A stretch of 64,000 nucleotides of DNA, taken from assembly GCA_036172095.1 (NCBI GenBank), contig JAVHSH010000023.1, positions 957 to 64,956 of the forward strand, read 5' to 3'. Within the stretch, counting starts at the first letter, position 1, and every line of letters begins with the position of its first letter. This document shows, one piece after another, positions 53,083-63,049 of this stretch. The notes beneath the pieces were generated by a model. It made no database searches and was not told where the DNA came from. It was given only the letters and a program-made list of their open reading frames with translations. The stretch comes from Patescibacteria group bacterium. Its GTDB lineage: Bacteria; Patescibacteriota; Microgenomatia; UBA1406; GWC2-37-13. A program made the position numbers and the translations under genes.

Positions 53083-54180
53083 ATGACTAAACATTTTGCC
53101 GTTGATGGGAATGAAGCGAACGTCGAGTATAAGGTTGGCGTCTCTGTTTACACATTTCAGCTTCTTTCCTATTTTCAAAAAAATGCAGATGAAAAAACTC
53201 GTTTTACCGTATTTCTTCGTAATGCACCGCGTGCTGATATGCCATCTGCATCAGAATATTTTAGATATGAAGTTGTTCCTGGCACCATTGGTTGGTCTCA
53301 ACTATTCCTTCCCTTGAGATTGGGCATGAAATTCATCAAGGGCATTCGCTATGATGTTTTCTTTTCACCCGCACATTATATTCCCCGCTTCTGTCCGTTT
53401 AAGACTGTTGTCACGATACATGATCTTTCCTATCTCTATTTCCCAAATGAATTCCTCAAAAAAGATTTATATCAATTGACTCACTGGACCCAATACGCAA
53501 TAAAAAAGTCATCCAAAGTTATCGCTGTTTCAAAAACGACAAAACGGGATATCTTAAAGGAATATGGTGAAAATGATAATAAAGTTGTCATTATCTATAA
53601 TGGATATACCCCTGAAAATACCACTCAGCAATCTAAGAAAAAAAATGCACTTCCCTATTTCCTCTACTTAGGGACAATTCAACCGAGAAAAAATATCAAG
53701 TTCATGATTGCGGCATTTTCCCAATTCATTAAAGCACATCCAGACTTCCAGCTCATCATCGCAGGAAAAATGGGATGGCTTTCAGAGGATATCATACCGT
53801 ACGTAATCACCCTCGGACTGGACAAATCAATATTGTTTCCTGGATATGTCCCTGATGAGGAAAAAAATAATCTTTATAAAAATGCAGCCGCATATATACT
53901 TCCTTCACTTTACGAAGGATTCGGTATTCCTCTTCTTGAAGCGATGTCACATGGCTGTCCGGTGATTTCATCATTCAAATCAAGTTTGCCGGAGGTGGGA
54001 GGAGAAGCATGTCTTTATTTCGACCCAAATGATACATCGGATCTTATCGAAAAGATGGAGCTTATTGTCACCGACAAAAAAATGCGAAAGGATTTGATGG
54101 CAAAGGGTATGCAGAGAGTAAAAACATTTTCATGGGCAAAGACCGGAGAAGAGACGCTTGTCCTCCTTCAATCTATCTGA
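53083..54180 (+). CDS. GT4 (GT-B) glycosyltransferase
   Basis: LGTIQPRKNI and PSLYEGFGIPLLEAMSHGCPVISS. Confidence 0.8.
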   Translation: MTKHFAVDGNEANVEYKVGVSVYTFQLLSYFQKNADEKTRFTVFLRNAPRADMPSASEYFRYEVVPGTIGWSQLFLPLRLGMKFIKGIRYDVFFSPAHYIPRFCPFKTVVTIHDLSYLYFPNEFLKKDLYQLTHWTQYAIKKSSKVIAVSKTTKRDILKEYGENDNKVVIIYNGYTPENTTQQSKKKNALPYFLYLGTIQPRKNIKFMIAAFSQFIKAHPDFQLIIAGKMGWLSEDIIPYVITLGLDKSILFPGYVPDEEKNNLYKNAAAYILPSLYEGFGIPLLEAMSHGCPVISSFKSSLPEVGGEACLYFDPNDTSDLIEKMELIVTDKKMRKDLMAKGMQRVKTFSWAKTGEETLVLLQSI

Positions 54181-54181
54181 C

Positions 54182-55309
54182 ATGAATAAACTGCGTATTG
54201 CGATGATGACTTCCTCAAACCCCTGTCTTGCCGGAGGAGTGCAGGAACATGTACTTTCCCTCAGTAGGGAGCTAAGAAAACGAGGTCACACCGTTACTGT
54301 CTATGGACCAAAACCGAAAGGAAAAACACTTTTCACTCATTATAGATCCCTTGGAGAAAAAGTATATTTCCCTCTTCCAAATGGAAAATATAGTAACATT
54401 CATTTACTCCAGGAATCCGATAAGCCCACCAACATATTCATTAAAAAAAAGTATGATCTCATCCATATTCATGAACCCTATATTCCTTTTGCGGCATGGA
54501 ATGTTTTGGAGAAAATACAGATACCGGTAGTCGGGACATTCCATACAGTTTGGGATAATGAATCATTCTTTAACATATTTAACCAACTCATCCCTTTATT
54601 CAGTACACTCTTTTCCACCTATACACAAGCAGCTATATTTGTTTCGAACATCTGTTATGAAAAATGGCACTCGCTCTGCAACTCTTCAGTCTTGAAAGGC
54701 ATCATCCCTAATGCTGTGGATACAAACTTATTCAAACAAAAAAAGGGGTTTAATAAAAAAATAGAGTTGCTCTTTGTAGCGCGACTTGTACACCGAAAGG
54801 GGTTATTGCGATTGCTCAAGGCGCTCACCATAGTGAAGAAGTCTACCAATGCGTTTTCGTTGACGATTATTGGGGATGGGGATGAACGTGAAGAAGATTT
54901 TGAATATATCCGTATCCATAAGTTGAAAAAACACATCACCTATCTGGGAGAAATAACGGGAAAAAAAAGGGCACTTTATTTCAAGAAGGCGGATATATTC
55001 TGTGCGCCATATACCAATGAGGCGTCGTCATTATCCGTACTGGAAGCAATAAGTGCTGGGCTTCCTGTTGTTGGTTATAAGATTCCTATTTTTAGTGATA
55101 TATTGAAGGATTATCCTGGGAAGGAACTATTAGTCGAGAAGAATGAAGGGGAACTTGCAAAAGGATTGTTGAAAATAATTCTCGATGAGAAGTTGAGGAC
55201 ATCCTTGAAAGAATGGTGTACACAAAAACGGAGTTCGTTTTCATGGCAAACAGTTGCACAGCGGACAGAACAACTTTACTATCAAACAATAGAAAAATAT
55301 GAGAGATAA
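54182..55309 (+). CDS. GT4 (GT-B) glycosyltransferase
   Basis: GGVQEHVLSLSREL, VARLVHRKG and NEASSLSVLEAISAGLPVV. The ATG at 54182 lies just after the upstream stop. Confidence 0.8.
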   Translation: MNKLRIAMMTSSNPCLAGGVQEHVLSLSRELRKRGHTVTVYGPKPKGKTLFTHYRSLGEKVYFPLPNGKYSNIHLLQESDKPTNIFIKKKYDLIHIHEPYIPFAAWNVLEKIQIPVVGTFHTVWDNESFFNIFNQLIPLFSTLFSTYTQAAIFVSNICYEKWHSLCNSSVLKGIIPNAVDTNLFKQKKGFNKKIELLFVARLVHRKGLLRLLKALTIVKKSTNAFSLTIIGDGDEREEDFEYIRIHKLKKHITYLGEITGKKRALYFKKADIFCAPYTNEASSLSVLEAISAGLPVVGYKIPIFSDILKDYPGKELLVEKNEGELAKGLLKIILDEKLRTSLKEWCTQKRSSFSWQTVAQRTEQLYYQTIEKYER

Positions 55310-56759
55310 ACTATTCAGATTGTTCCTCCGCCTTTTTGGATTTTCAATATCCAAAAAACAGGAAGCAAAAAAGGGTACGATAATCATCCTTATAGACGGG
55401 TTGAGTTATACAGCGCTGCAGACTGCATTACTGAAAAAGAAGTGTCCGACATTGAAGAAACTCCTTAAAAAAGGCTACGCTCTTGAACCATATTATTGTG
55501 GACTCCCTGCATCGACAACCGCAACAGAAGCATTACTCCTCTATGGGAACAAGTCAAATATTCCTGGGTTTACCTGGTTTGATAGGGATTTGGGAGAGTT
55601 TGTTCGAGGGAACCGGAGTTATGAACTATCTAAATTTGAGGATTCCTACTCAAAAACAAGGAATCTGCTTACGAACGGTTCATCAATCATGAGCGTTTAC
55701 ACAGGGGGTGCGACTGAGCTGAGTCTTTCGGGAAGGAATCTTTCGCTCTCCCGTTCATTTGGCATGATGAAGACAGTCCACTATCTACTCATGACCATCC
55801 TCTACCCTTTTCAATTATTGCGTGCATTGATGATCTCTGGTAAGATGCTCATCCTGTATAGCCGTTCGAATCCGCATATAGCAAGAGAAACGATGTCAAC
55901 GCTCTTCCTTGGACAGTTTTCCTGTTTCCTTACTGAGGTTGAGATTATGCGGAATACGCAGAAGATTTTCGTCGACTTCTTGCATTATGATGAGTTTGCC
56001 CATGAACATGGGCCCACACATCCGACAGCTTTGTCCGCACTTCGATCAATTGATAGATATATCAAACGTATACTAAAGACCGCGAAGAATTCTGGACAGG
56101 AATATGATATTGTCATCATCTCAGATCATGGACAGACTCCGTCCGTTCCGTATGATGTCAACTCCCCCAGAAGCGAATCTGAAATAAAAGATGCACTTCA
56201 AGATGAAACAAGAACGGTCATGAAGACATATGGGGGATTTATCCCCGACCCCACCCTGAAAAAATTGTATGTCGTTCCTGCCGGTTCTATGTTGCAACTT
56301 TATTTCACTGAATCGTTGAAAAATCCCATGAATAGGGATGAACTTGAGAATAAGTATCCCCGTATTATTGAGCACTTGCTTTCCTTCCATGGATTTGGAT
56401 GGATACTTGTCAGAGAAAAAGGCGGTAGAAGTTCCCTAATAGGAAAACAAGGGTCTATCCATTTTACAAAAAATGGGGAGTATTCCATTTCACAAAAACC
56501 GTTTGAGGGTATACTAGAAGCTAATATTGGACATACCATTCAGACATTCAGGGACTATTCAACATTCAAGAATAATGGAGACATCGTCATATTCGGTTCA
56601 GTGATGGGCGAGCATATCACCAGTTTTGAAAAGCATAAGGGAACACATGGCGGATTTTTTGGTCCGATGGTCCATCCCTTTATTATGTCAACGTTAAAAC
56701 TAGAAAAAGACATGTCGATGGAGATGATATTCGAAAAAATAGAGTACAATATGAGATAG
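55299..56759 (+). CDS. Alkaline-phosphatase-superfamily enzyme (type I phosphodiesterase/nucleotide pyrophosphatase-like)
   Basis: IILIDGLSY, YDEFAHEHGP, IISDHGQT and HKGTHGG metal-ligand-like motifs. Confidence 0.6.
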   Translation: MRDKLFRLFLRLFGFSISKKQEAKKGTIIILIDGLSYTALQTALLKKKCPTLKKLLKKGYALEPYYCGLPASTTATEALLLYGNKSNIPGFTWFDRDLGEFVRGNRSYELSKFEDSYSKTRNLLTNGSSIMSVYTGGATELSLSGRNLSLSRSFGMMKTVHYLLMTILYPFQLLRALMISGKMLILYSRSNPHIARETMSTLFLGQFSCFLTEVEIMRNTQKIFVDFLHYDEFAHEHGPTHPTALSALRSIDRYIKRILKTAKNSGQEYDIVIISDHGQTPSVPYDVNSPRSESEIKDALQDETRTVMKTYGGFIPDPTLKKLYVVPAGSMLQLYFTESLKNPMNRDELENKYPRIIEHLLSFHGFGWILVREKGGRSSLIGKQGSIHFTKNGEYSISQKPFEGILEANIGHTIQTFRDYSTFKNNGDIVIFGSVMGEHITSFEKHKGTHGGFFGPMVHPFIMSTLKLEKDMSMEMIFEKIEYNMR

Positions 56760-56763
56760 CAAT

Positions 56764-57693
56764 ATGATAGATAAAGCCTTTCAGAACAGCCTTGCCATTC
56801 ATCCACTCCAGACATGGGAATGGGGCCAAGCCCGCAAAAAAATGGGGATACGTGTTGAAAAAATAGTCGAGAAGAACACTATTTTCCAGATGACAATCCA
56901 TCCTTTACCCCATCTTCCTTACTCTATTGGATATATACCGCGCTCTGTGTTTCCATCAGAATCTGTGCAAAAAAAACTATATGAATTCGGAAAGAAAAAC
57001 AATCTCATCTTCATAAAGTTTGAGCCGTATACTGAATATCAAAATAGCACTCAAATTCGCAAATCCCCTCACCCTCTATTTCCTGAGTGGACCCAGACTT
57101 TGGATATTTCACCTTCTGAAGACGAATTATTAAAAAAAATGAAGCCCAAGACACGATACAATATCAGATTGGCCGAAAAAAAAGGAGTGCAGGTCAGACA
57201 AATGGATACGGATGAAGGGTTTAAGATATTTTCAAAACTCTATTTTGAGACATGTAAACGACAGCGATATCACGGGCATACACCGGGATATCATCAGACA
57301 ATTTGGGAATCGATGAAAGAATCACAGGGACACATCCTCATCTCTTTTTTCAATGATATACCACTGGGTGCGTATGAGCTCTATCATTTCAAAGATCGAC
57401 TGTATTATGTCTATGGCGGATCTTCAACGGAGTATAAACAAGTGATGGCGCCTAATCTCCTCATGTGGGAAGCGATTAAGTTCGGGAAAAAACAGGGAGC
57501 GAAAATATTCGATATGTGGGGTTCCCTTCCACCAGACTATTCACAGAACCATCCATGGGCAGGATTTACTCGTTTCAAGGAGGGATATGGGACAGAGTTC
57601 ACTCACCTATCTCAGAGTTTCGATATAATAGTGAACCCAATCCTCTATAAACTCTATTCGTTTGCATACTCAGTTCGTGAAAAGATTCTTTAA
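56764..57693 (+). CDS. FemAB-family peptidoglycan interpeptide-bridge aminoacyltransferase
   Basis: HPLQTWEWGQ, KPKTRYNIRLAEKKGV, YYVYGGSSTEYKQVMAPNLLMWEAIKFGKKQGAKIFDMWG. Confidence 0.75.
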   Translation: MIDKAFQNSLAIHPLQTWEWGQARKKMGIRVEKIVEKNTIFQMTIHPLPHLPYSIGYIPRSVFPSESVQKKLYEFGKKNNLIFIKFEPYTEYQNSTQIRKSPHPLFPEWTQTLDISPSEDELLKKMKPKTRYNIRLAEKKGVQVRQMDTDEGFKIFSKLYFETCKRQRYHGHTPGYHQTIWESMKESQGHILISFFNDIPLGAYELYHFKDRLYYVYGGSSTEYKQVMAPNLLMWEAIKFGKKQGAKIFDMWGSLPPDYSQNHPWAGFTRFKEGYGTEFTHLSQSFDIIVNPILYKLYSFAYSVREKIL

Positions 57694-60071
57694 ATCTTTT
57701 TTTCGAGCGCAACCGGAAATACTTCATTGGCGTGCTCGACAAATATGAAATTGAGTTTGCTTTTGACGCTTTCTGGGATATCTTCCAAATCTTTCTTATT
57801 GTCTTTCGGCATGATTATGGTCTTTACTCCAGCTCTTTGCGCGGCAATGACTTTCTCTTTGACACCACCTATTTCAAGCGCTCTTCCACGAAGAGTCATC
57901 TCTCCCGTCATCGCAACATCTTTTTTGAATGGATTCTTCGTAAGGGCTGAAACCATCGCTGTCGTTATGGCAAGCCCTGCGGATGGGCCATCTTTTGGTA
58001 CCGCACCTTCAGGGACATGGACATGGATATCTATCGTATGATAAAAATCCTTTTCCAATTTGAATTTGCTCCATTGAGAACGTACATAGGAAAGTGCTGC
58101 TTGGCACGATTCCTTCATGACATCACCAAGTTGGCCTGTCAACGTAAGGGCTCCTTTTCCCGGCATGATAGCAACCTCGATGAAGAGCACATCTCCTCCG
58201 GCTTGCGTCCATGCAAGTCCCGTGGACATACCGATTGTATTTTTTGTTTCGAGGACCGAGTCAGAATATTTGTAGGGGCCAAGATATGATGGAATCTTTG
58301 CGGAATTTACCGTGACTGTCACATCTTTTTTCTCGACCAACTCTCGCGCTCTTTTTCTGAACACTGTCGCGATTTGCCGTTCTAGCTCTCTGACACCGGC
58401 CTCTCTGGTATATCGTCTGATGATGAGCTTAAGACCACCATCATTTATCGATCCTTCTTTTGCCGCAACGCTGTGTGCTTCCTGTTGTTTTTTCATGAGG
58501 TATTGTTTTCCTATGTGAAATTTTTCCTCTTCCGTATATCCTGGGAAATGGATTATCTCAAGTCGGTCACGCAACGCATCTGGAATCGTATCGAGCATGT
58601 TTGCCGTGGTGATAAAGAATACATCAGACAGATCATAAGGGACTTCGAGATAATGATCAGAGAATGCATGATTCTGTTCAGGGTCTAGCGCCTCAAGTAG
58701 AGCGGCTGATGCATCCCCTCGATAATCGCGCCCAATCTTATCTATCTCATCAAGCATGAATAACGGATTCCGCGTTCCGGCTTGTTTGATACCCTGGATA
58801 ATGCGACCTGGCATTGCGCCAACATACGTTCTTCTGTGCCCGCGGATTTCCGCTTCGTCACGGACTCCACCCAATGATACTTTGACGAATTTTCGACCAA
58901 GTGCACGAGCTATCGAGCGTCCCAATGACGTCTTTCCGACTCCTGGAGGTCCTGCGAAACAGATTATTGTGGGCTGGAAATTTTTCTTTTGTATCCCTTT
59001 TCCTTTTTCCAGGATTTTATCTTTAGATCGTTTCAGTTCAATGACTGCAAGATATTCAAGAATTCGTTCTTTGATTTTTTTCAGCCCATAATGATCTTCA
59101 TTCAGTATCTTTTCCGCAACCTTTATGTCAATTTCATTACCAACATCATTTTTCCAAGGAAGTTCCACTAACCAATCAAGATAGTTACGAACATAGGATG
59201 TCTCGGGATTATATTGAGACATACCAGCTAATTTTTTCAGCTCTTTCATAGCTTTATCCTCAACTTCTTTGGTCATTCCGGCTTTTTTTATCTTTATCTC
59301 ATATTCTTTCGTATCTTTCCCACCTTCATTTCCTCCCAACTCTTCCTCAATCGTCTTCATCTTTTCCTTCAAGAAGGTTTCCTTCATGCCACGCTCAAAC
59401 TTCTTCTGTGTTTTGGCGGAGATATTCTGTTCGATTTCAAGAATTTTCACTTCTCTATTGATAAACTCAACTTCCTGAGTCAATCGTTTCTTCAAGCTTG
59501 ATTCTTCGAGCAATTTTTGGCGCTCTTCCTCTTTCAATTCAAGTACTGCAGCTATCTGATATGAAAAATCAGCAGGAGTTGATACATTGAGTATATTCAT
59601 GAGGAACACGAAGTCCACTGCCTTCCCATAATTAATCGCTTTTTTCATCTGTTGAGAAATATATTTCACCGTTGCATTTATTTGGTCACCTGCATCCAAA
59701 ATATCGACCACCTGTTCTATTTTTGCTTCAAAATAAGGAACTTCTTTCGTGTATTCGATAATTTTGACTTTTTCAATTCCCTTTACCATCGTGTTCACCT
59801 CGCCTTTTTCTCCGATTACAGTCTTTTCTATTGAGACAAGCACGCCGATTTGTACAAGATCTTCTTTCTTTGGATCTTCATCATTGATGTTTTTTTGCAT
59901 TATGATGACCATCTTTTTATCCCTTTTAAGTGCCTCATTGATTGTCGCTATACTTTTTGTTCGCCCGAAAATGAGCACATTTTCTGTTTTGGGGAAGACA
60001 AGTCCATCACGGACCGCAATAACGGGGTATGAAGGTAACTCTGGTTTATTTTGTGGTAGAAAAAATGACAT
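57690..60071 (-). CDS. lon: Lon protease (LonA)
   Basis: N-terminal LON substrate domain, GPPGVGKTS, and PKDGPSAGLAITTA (catalytic Ser). 793 aa. Confidence 0.9.
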   Translation of the reverse strand: MSFFLPQNKPELPSYPVIAVRDGLVFPKTENVLIFGRTKSIATINEALKRDKKMVIIMQKNINDEDPKKEDLVQIGVLVSIEKTVIGEKGEVNTMVKGIEKVKIIEYTKEVPYFEAKIEQVVDILDAGDQINATVKYISQQMKKAINYGKAVDFVFLMNILNVSTPADFSYQIAAVLELKEEERQKLLEESSLKKRLTQEVEFINREVKILEIEQNISAKTQKKFERGMKETFLKEKMKTIEEELGGNEGGKDTKEYEIKIKKAGMTKEVEDKAMKELKKLAGMSQYNPETSYVRNYLDWLVELPWKNDVGNEIDIKVAEKILNEDHYGLKKIKERILEYLAVIELKRSKDKILEKGKGIQKKNFQPTIICFAGPPGVGKTSLGRSIARALGRKFVKVSLGGVRDEAEIRGHRRTYVGAMPGRIIQGIKQAGTRNPLFMLDEIDKIGRDYRGDASAALLEALDPEQNHAFSDHYLEVPYDLSDVFFITTANMLDTIPDALRDRLEIIHFPGYTEEEKFHIGKQYLMKKQQEAHSVAAKEGSINDGGLKLIIRRYTREAGVRELERQIATVFRKRARELVEKKDVTVTVNSAKIPSYLGPYKYSDSVLETKNTIGMSTGLAWTQAGGDVLFIEVAIMPGKGALTLTGQLGDVMKESCQAALSYVRSQWSKFKLEKDFYHTIDIHVHVPEGAVPKDGPSAGLAITTAMVSALTKNPFKKDVAMTGEMTLRGRALEIGGVKEKVIAAQRAGVKTIIMPKDNKKDLEDIPESVKSKLNFIFVEHANEVFPVALEKKI

Positions 60072-60079
60072 ATATTGGC

Positions 60080-60108
60080 ACTATAACAAATGGTTTGCTA
60101 ATTGTCAA
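60080..60108 (-). promoter_or_regulatory. Putative lon promoter
   Basis: On the minus strand: TTGACA, a 17-nt spacer and TATAGT, then 8 nt to the ATG at 60071. The -35 is part of the 12-nt palindrome TGTCAATTGACA (60103-60114). Confidence 0.55.
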
Positions 60109-60114
60109 TTGACA

Positions 60115-60966
60115 TTATATAAATTCTTCAGCAAGCGATACTACTCCACTAAAGGGAGCTTGATTGAGAAGGGATACGTCCTTATTTTGTACCGCAAGAG
60201 TATGATACGCCTCTCTATTTGTTTCATAGAGCACACCAAGGGCAAACCGTTCTTCCTGTATGCCGAATGCGACTTGAAGCGCTTTCATCTTGTCTGACGC
60301 ATCGTGGGAGGCGTCCAGCTTATAAACGTGTTTCATATAGTATTGATAGGTGTTTTTTTTGTTGAATGTGACGCAGGGTTGTAACACATTGACGACGGAA
60401 AATCCTGAATGTTGTAGTGCCTTTTTGATTGTCTCAACCATATGTTTTGTGTCTCCTGCAAATGTCTGAGCGACGAAGGAAGCACCTTGAGTGATCGCCA
60501 ATGCGAGTGGATCAAGTGGAGTTTCGATGATTCCTTGAGGAGTAGATTTTGATTTCTGGCCCTTTTCAGCCATAGGTGAAACTTGTCCAGTTGTCAGACC
60601 GTACACGTTATTATCATGGATTATGACTTTCACATCATGATTGCCTCGACATGCATGGAGAAAATGATTTCCTCCTTCTCCATAGCAATCCCCATCTCCA
60701 ACGACTGCAAGGACAGGCATCTGATGATTCGCAAGCTTCATGCCGATTGCGGTCGCAATAGCTCTTCCATGAAGTCCGTGCATCGCATATGCATTCAAGA
60801 AGTCATTCATGTTTCCTGAGCATCCGATTCCGAACGAAACCATGGTAGAAGATGGCGAATAACTAAGTTCTGCAAGGGCCATTTTTATCCCCATTCCAAT
60901 TCCCCAGTTACCACATCCGGGACACCAAGTTGGTTTATATCCTGTAAAATCTTGTACTGTTGCCAT
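60115..60966 (-). CDS. 2-oxoacid:ferredoxin oxidoreductase, beta (TPP-binding) subunit
   Basis: WCPGCGNWG and VVGDGDCYGEGGNHF. Substrate (pyruvate, 2-oxoglutarate or other) not determinable by eye. Confidence 0.85.
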   Translation of the reverse strand: MATVQDFTGYKPTWCPGCGNWGIGMGIKMALAELSYSPSSTMVSFGIGCSGNMNDFLNAYAMHGLHGRAIATAIGMKLANHQMPVLAVVGDGDCYGEGGNHFLHACRGNHDVKVIIHDNNVYGLTTGQVSPMAEKGQKSKSTPQGIIETPLDPLALAITQGASFVAQTFAGDTKHMVETIKKALQHSGFSVVNVLQPCVTFNKKNTYQYYMKHVYKLDASHDASDKMKALQVAFGIQEERFALGVLYETNREAYHTLAVQNKDVSLLNQAPFSGVVSLAEEFI

Positions 60967-60968
60967 CT

Positions 60969-62678
60969 TTATATTGTTTTCAATAATTGATCAACTACCA
61001 ACGGTCGCCCATCAAATCGGACGATTTTCTTTTCAATATTTACTCCTGTTTCCATACGTAATAGTTTCCCAAATTGAGAGGTCGCATTGTTTTCCACGAG
61101 TATGCATTTTTCCAAGATTCCTGAAAATAATTCCGTAATCTTTTGGACATGGAGTGGGTAGAGCGAACTGAAATGGATATAGGCACTATCCTTACCTTGA
61201 GCTTTGGCTTGTTTTAGCGTCTCAAGTGCCACACCTTTTGTTGAACCCCATCCGACAAGAATGGTTTGTACTTTTTTAATATCACCATATATTTTTGGAG
61301 TCAAAAAGTCATTCCGAAGATATGTCTGCCATTTCTTTGCTCTCTTTTCGACCTGTTGTACACGAACAACATCACTTTCCGTCGTGTGTCCATCTTCAAG
61401 GTGCTCATATGAATTTGCCTGATAATACACGCCTTCCTGTCCTGGCACCAATCGAGGCGAAATACCATCATCGCTCAACGCATATCTCTTATATGTCGCG
61501 TCGGCTTTGGTGATGAGTTTTCCTCTTCTTGGTGTATATCCTTCCATGAACTTTTTTACTTCAGGATACGAAACTGTTGCATGAGATTCTGACAAAAGCA
61601 TGTCCGAGAGAACGATGACGGGAAGTTGATATGTATCTGCCAGATCAAAAGCATATGGTGTCATCTCTATCATTTCTTGATGATCGCCAGGAGCAAGGAC
61701 AATTTTCTCAAACTCGCCGTGCCCTGCATGCACTGAGAAAAGAAGATCCCCCTGCTCTGTCCATGTCGGCATTCCGGTCGCTGGACCAGGACGTTGGGAA
61801 ATAAAAACAACAAGTGGAAGCTCAGTTATACCAGACATCGAAACTGCCTCAACCATCAATGCAAATCCTCCTCCGGATGTGCCAACTGCACTTCTTACAC
61901 CAGCAAATGATGCGCCAAGCGCAGAGTTTATGACGGCGATTTCATCTTCAGAATGACGAACCACCATCCCAGTTTTAGCACTCCATCCTGCGAGCGCGGT
62001 GAGAACACCAGAGGAAGGAGTCATTGGATATGCCGCATAAAAACGGCAGTCTGCTCCAACTGCCCCGTACGCAAACGCTTCATTTCCTGTGAGTACAATC
62101 TGTTTGTCAGATTCTCTCTTTTGAAGAAGAGGACGAATATATTGTTTATATGAAGTCTGAATTTCTTCAAATCCTTTCTCAGCAAATGCACGATTAAGAG
62201 CGATAATCGACTCACCTTTTTTCCCGAACTGTTGGCCTAAAATAGCGACAAGTTCAGAAAGATCTGCTCCACATAATGCCAAAGAGGCACCAAGAGCAAC
62301 GATATTTTTCATGATGACCTGACCATTCATCTCCTTCAGTATTTTTTGGAAGTGGACCGCAATTGCGATGCTTTCACCTTCCGGCGTAAACTGATCTGGA
62401 TCGAATATTACAAGCCCCTCTTTGCTCATCTTGTTTTTGTGGAGATCAAACGTCTCTTTATTCAAACAAATAAGGATATCAATTGTTGGTTTTATTGTCG
62501 TCACCTGTTCATCACCAAATGTGACGTCGTACGCATTATGCCCTCCCCGGATAAGAGAAGGATATTCCACGAAGTCATAGGTATGATATCCACTTCGAGA
62601 AGCAATCTTCGCAAAAAGAAGGCCTGTCGTCATTATACCGAAACCAGCCTCACCACCGATTTTCCATGTGTATTGCAT
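60969..62678 (-). CDS. 2-oxoacid:ferredoxin oxidoreductase, alpha subunit (gamma-alpha fusion type)
   Basis: N-terminal gamma-like IGGEAGFGIMTTG and an alpha core GNEAFAYGAV...YPMTPSS. The ATG at 62678 (MQYTWKIGG) is preferred over the TTG at 62699. Confidence 0.85.
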   Translation of the reverse strand: MQYTWKIGGEAGFGIMTTGLLFAKIASRSGYHTYDFVEYPSLIRGGHNAYDVTFGDEQVTTIKPTIDILICLNKETFDLHKNKMSKEGLVIFDPDQFTPEGESIAIAVHFQKILKEMNGQVIMKNIVALGASLALCGADLSELVAILGQQFGKKGESIIALNRAFAEKGFEEIQTSYKQYIRPLLQKRESDKQIVLTGNEAFAYGAVGADCRFYAAYPMTPSSGVLTALAGWSAKTGMVVRHSEDEIAVINSALGASFAGVRSAVGTSGGGFALMVEAVSMSGITELPLVVFISQRPGPATGMPTWTEQGDLLFSVHAGHGEFEKIVLAPGDHQEMIEMTPYAFDLADTYQLPVIVLSDMLLSESHATVSYPEVKKFMEGYTPRRGKLITKADATYKRYALSDDGISPRLVPGQEGVYYQANSYEHLEDGHTTESDVVRVQQVEKRAKKWQTYLRNDFLTPKIYGDIKKVQTILVGWGSTKGVALETLKQAKAQGKDSAYIHFSSLYPLHVQKITELFSGILEKCILVENNATSQFGKLLRMETGVNIEKKIVRFDGRPLVVDQLLKTI

Positions 62679-62705
62679 ATTGTTTCGTTTGTGCTTCAAA
62701 TTGTG

Positions 62706-62978
62706 TTATTCTGGAAATACTTTCTTTCCCGTTTCATCAGTGATAATAATTGCCGCAACGGGACATGCCTTAGCAGACTCAATTATCGTTTCTGGTGTTT
62801 CTTGTTGTGCTGTTTCAAGGACAATTGCCTTTGCTTCATCATCAAGAATGAATGTTTGAGGTGCTACAGCAATACATGTTGCCGCACCGATACAAAGATT
62901 TCTATCGACGGTAAGTCTCAATTTGCCGATTGTCACTGGGCCGGATGGATTTTTCTCATCAAGTAGTTTGTCTGCCAT
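62706..62978 (-). CDS. Small ferredoxin
   Basis: 90 aa with DRNLCIGAATCIAVAP and AKACPVAAI cysteine motifs. Confidence 0.7.
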   Translation of the reverse strand: MADKLLDEKNPSGPVTIGKLRLTVDRNLCIGAATCIAVAPQTFILDDEAKAIVLETAQQETPETIIESAKACPVAAIIITDETGKKVFPE

Positions 62979-63016
62979 AAGATAATAATAAAATTAATAA
63001 TAAATACAAATAATAA

Positions 63017-63042
63017 ATACTAATATTTGATACTAATATTTG
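63017..63042. repeat. Perfect tandem duplication of ATACTAATATTTG (13 nt x2)
   Basis: Read directly from the sequence, in the sufU-ferredoxin intergenic region. Confidence 0.85.
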
Positions 63043-63049
63043 GTGCTCC

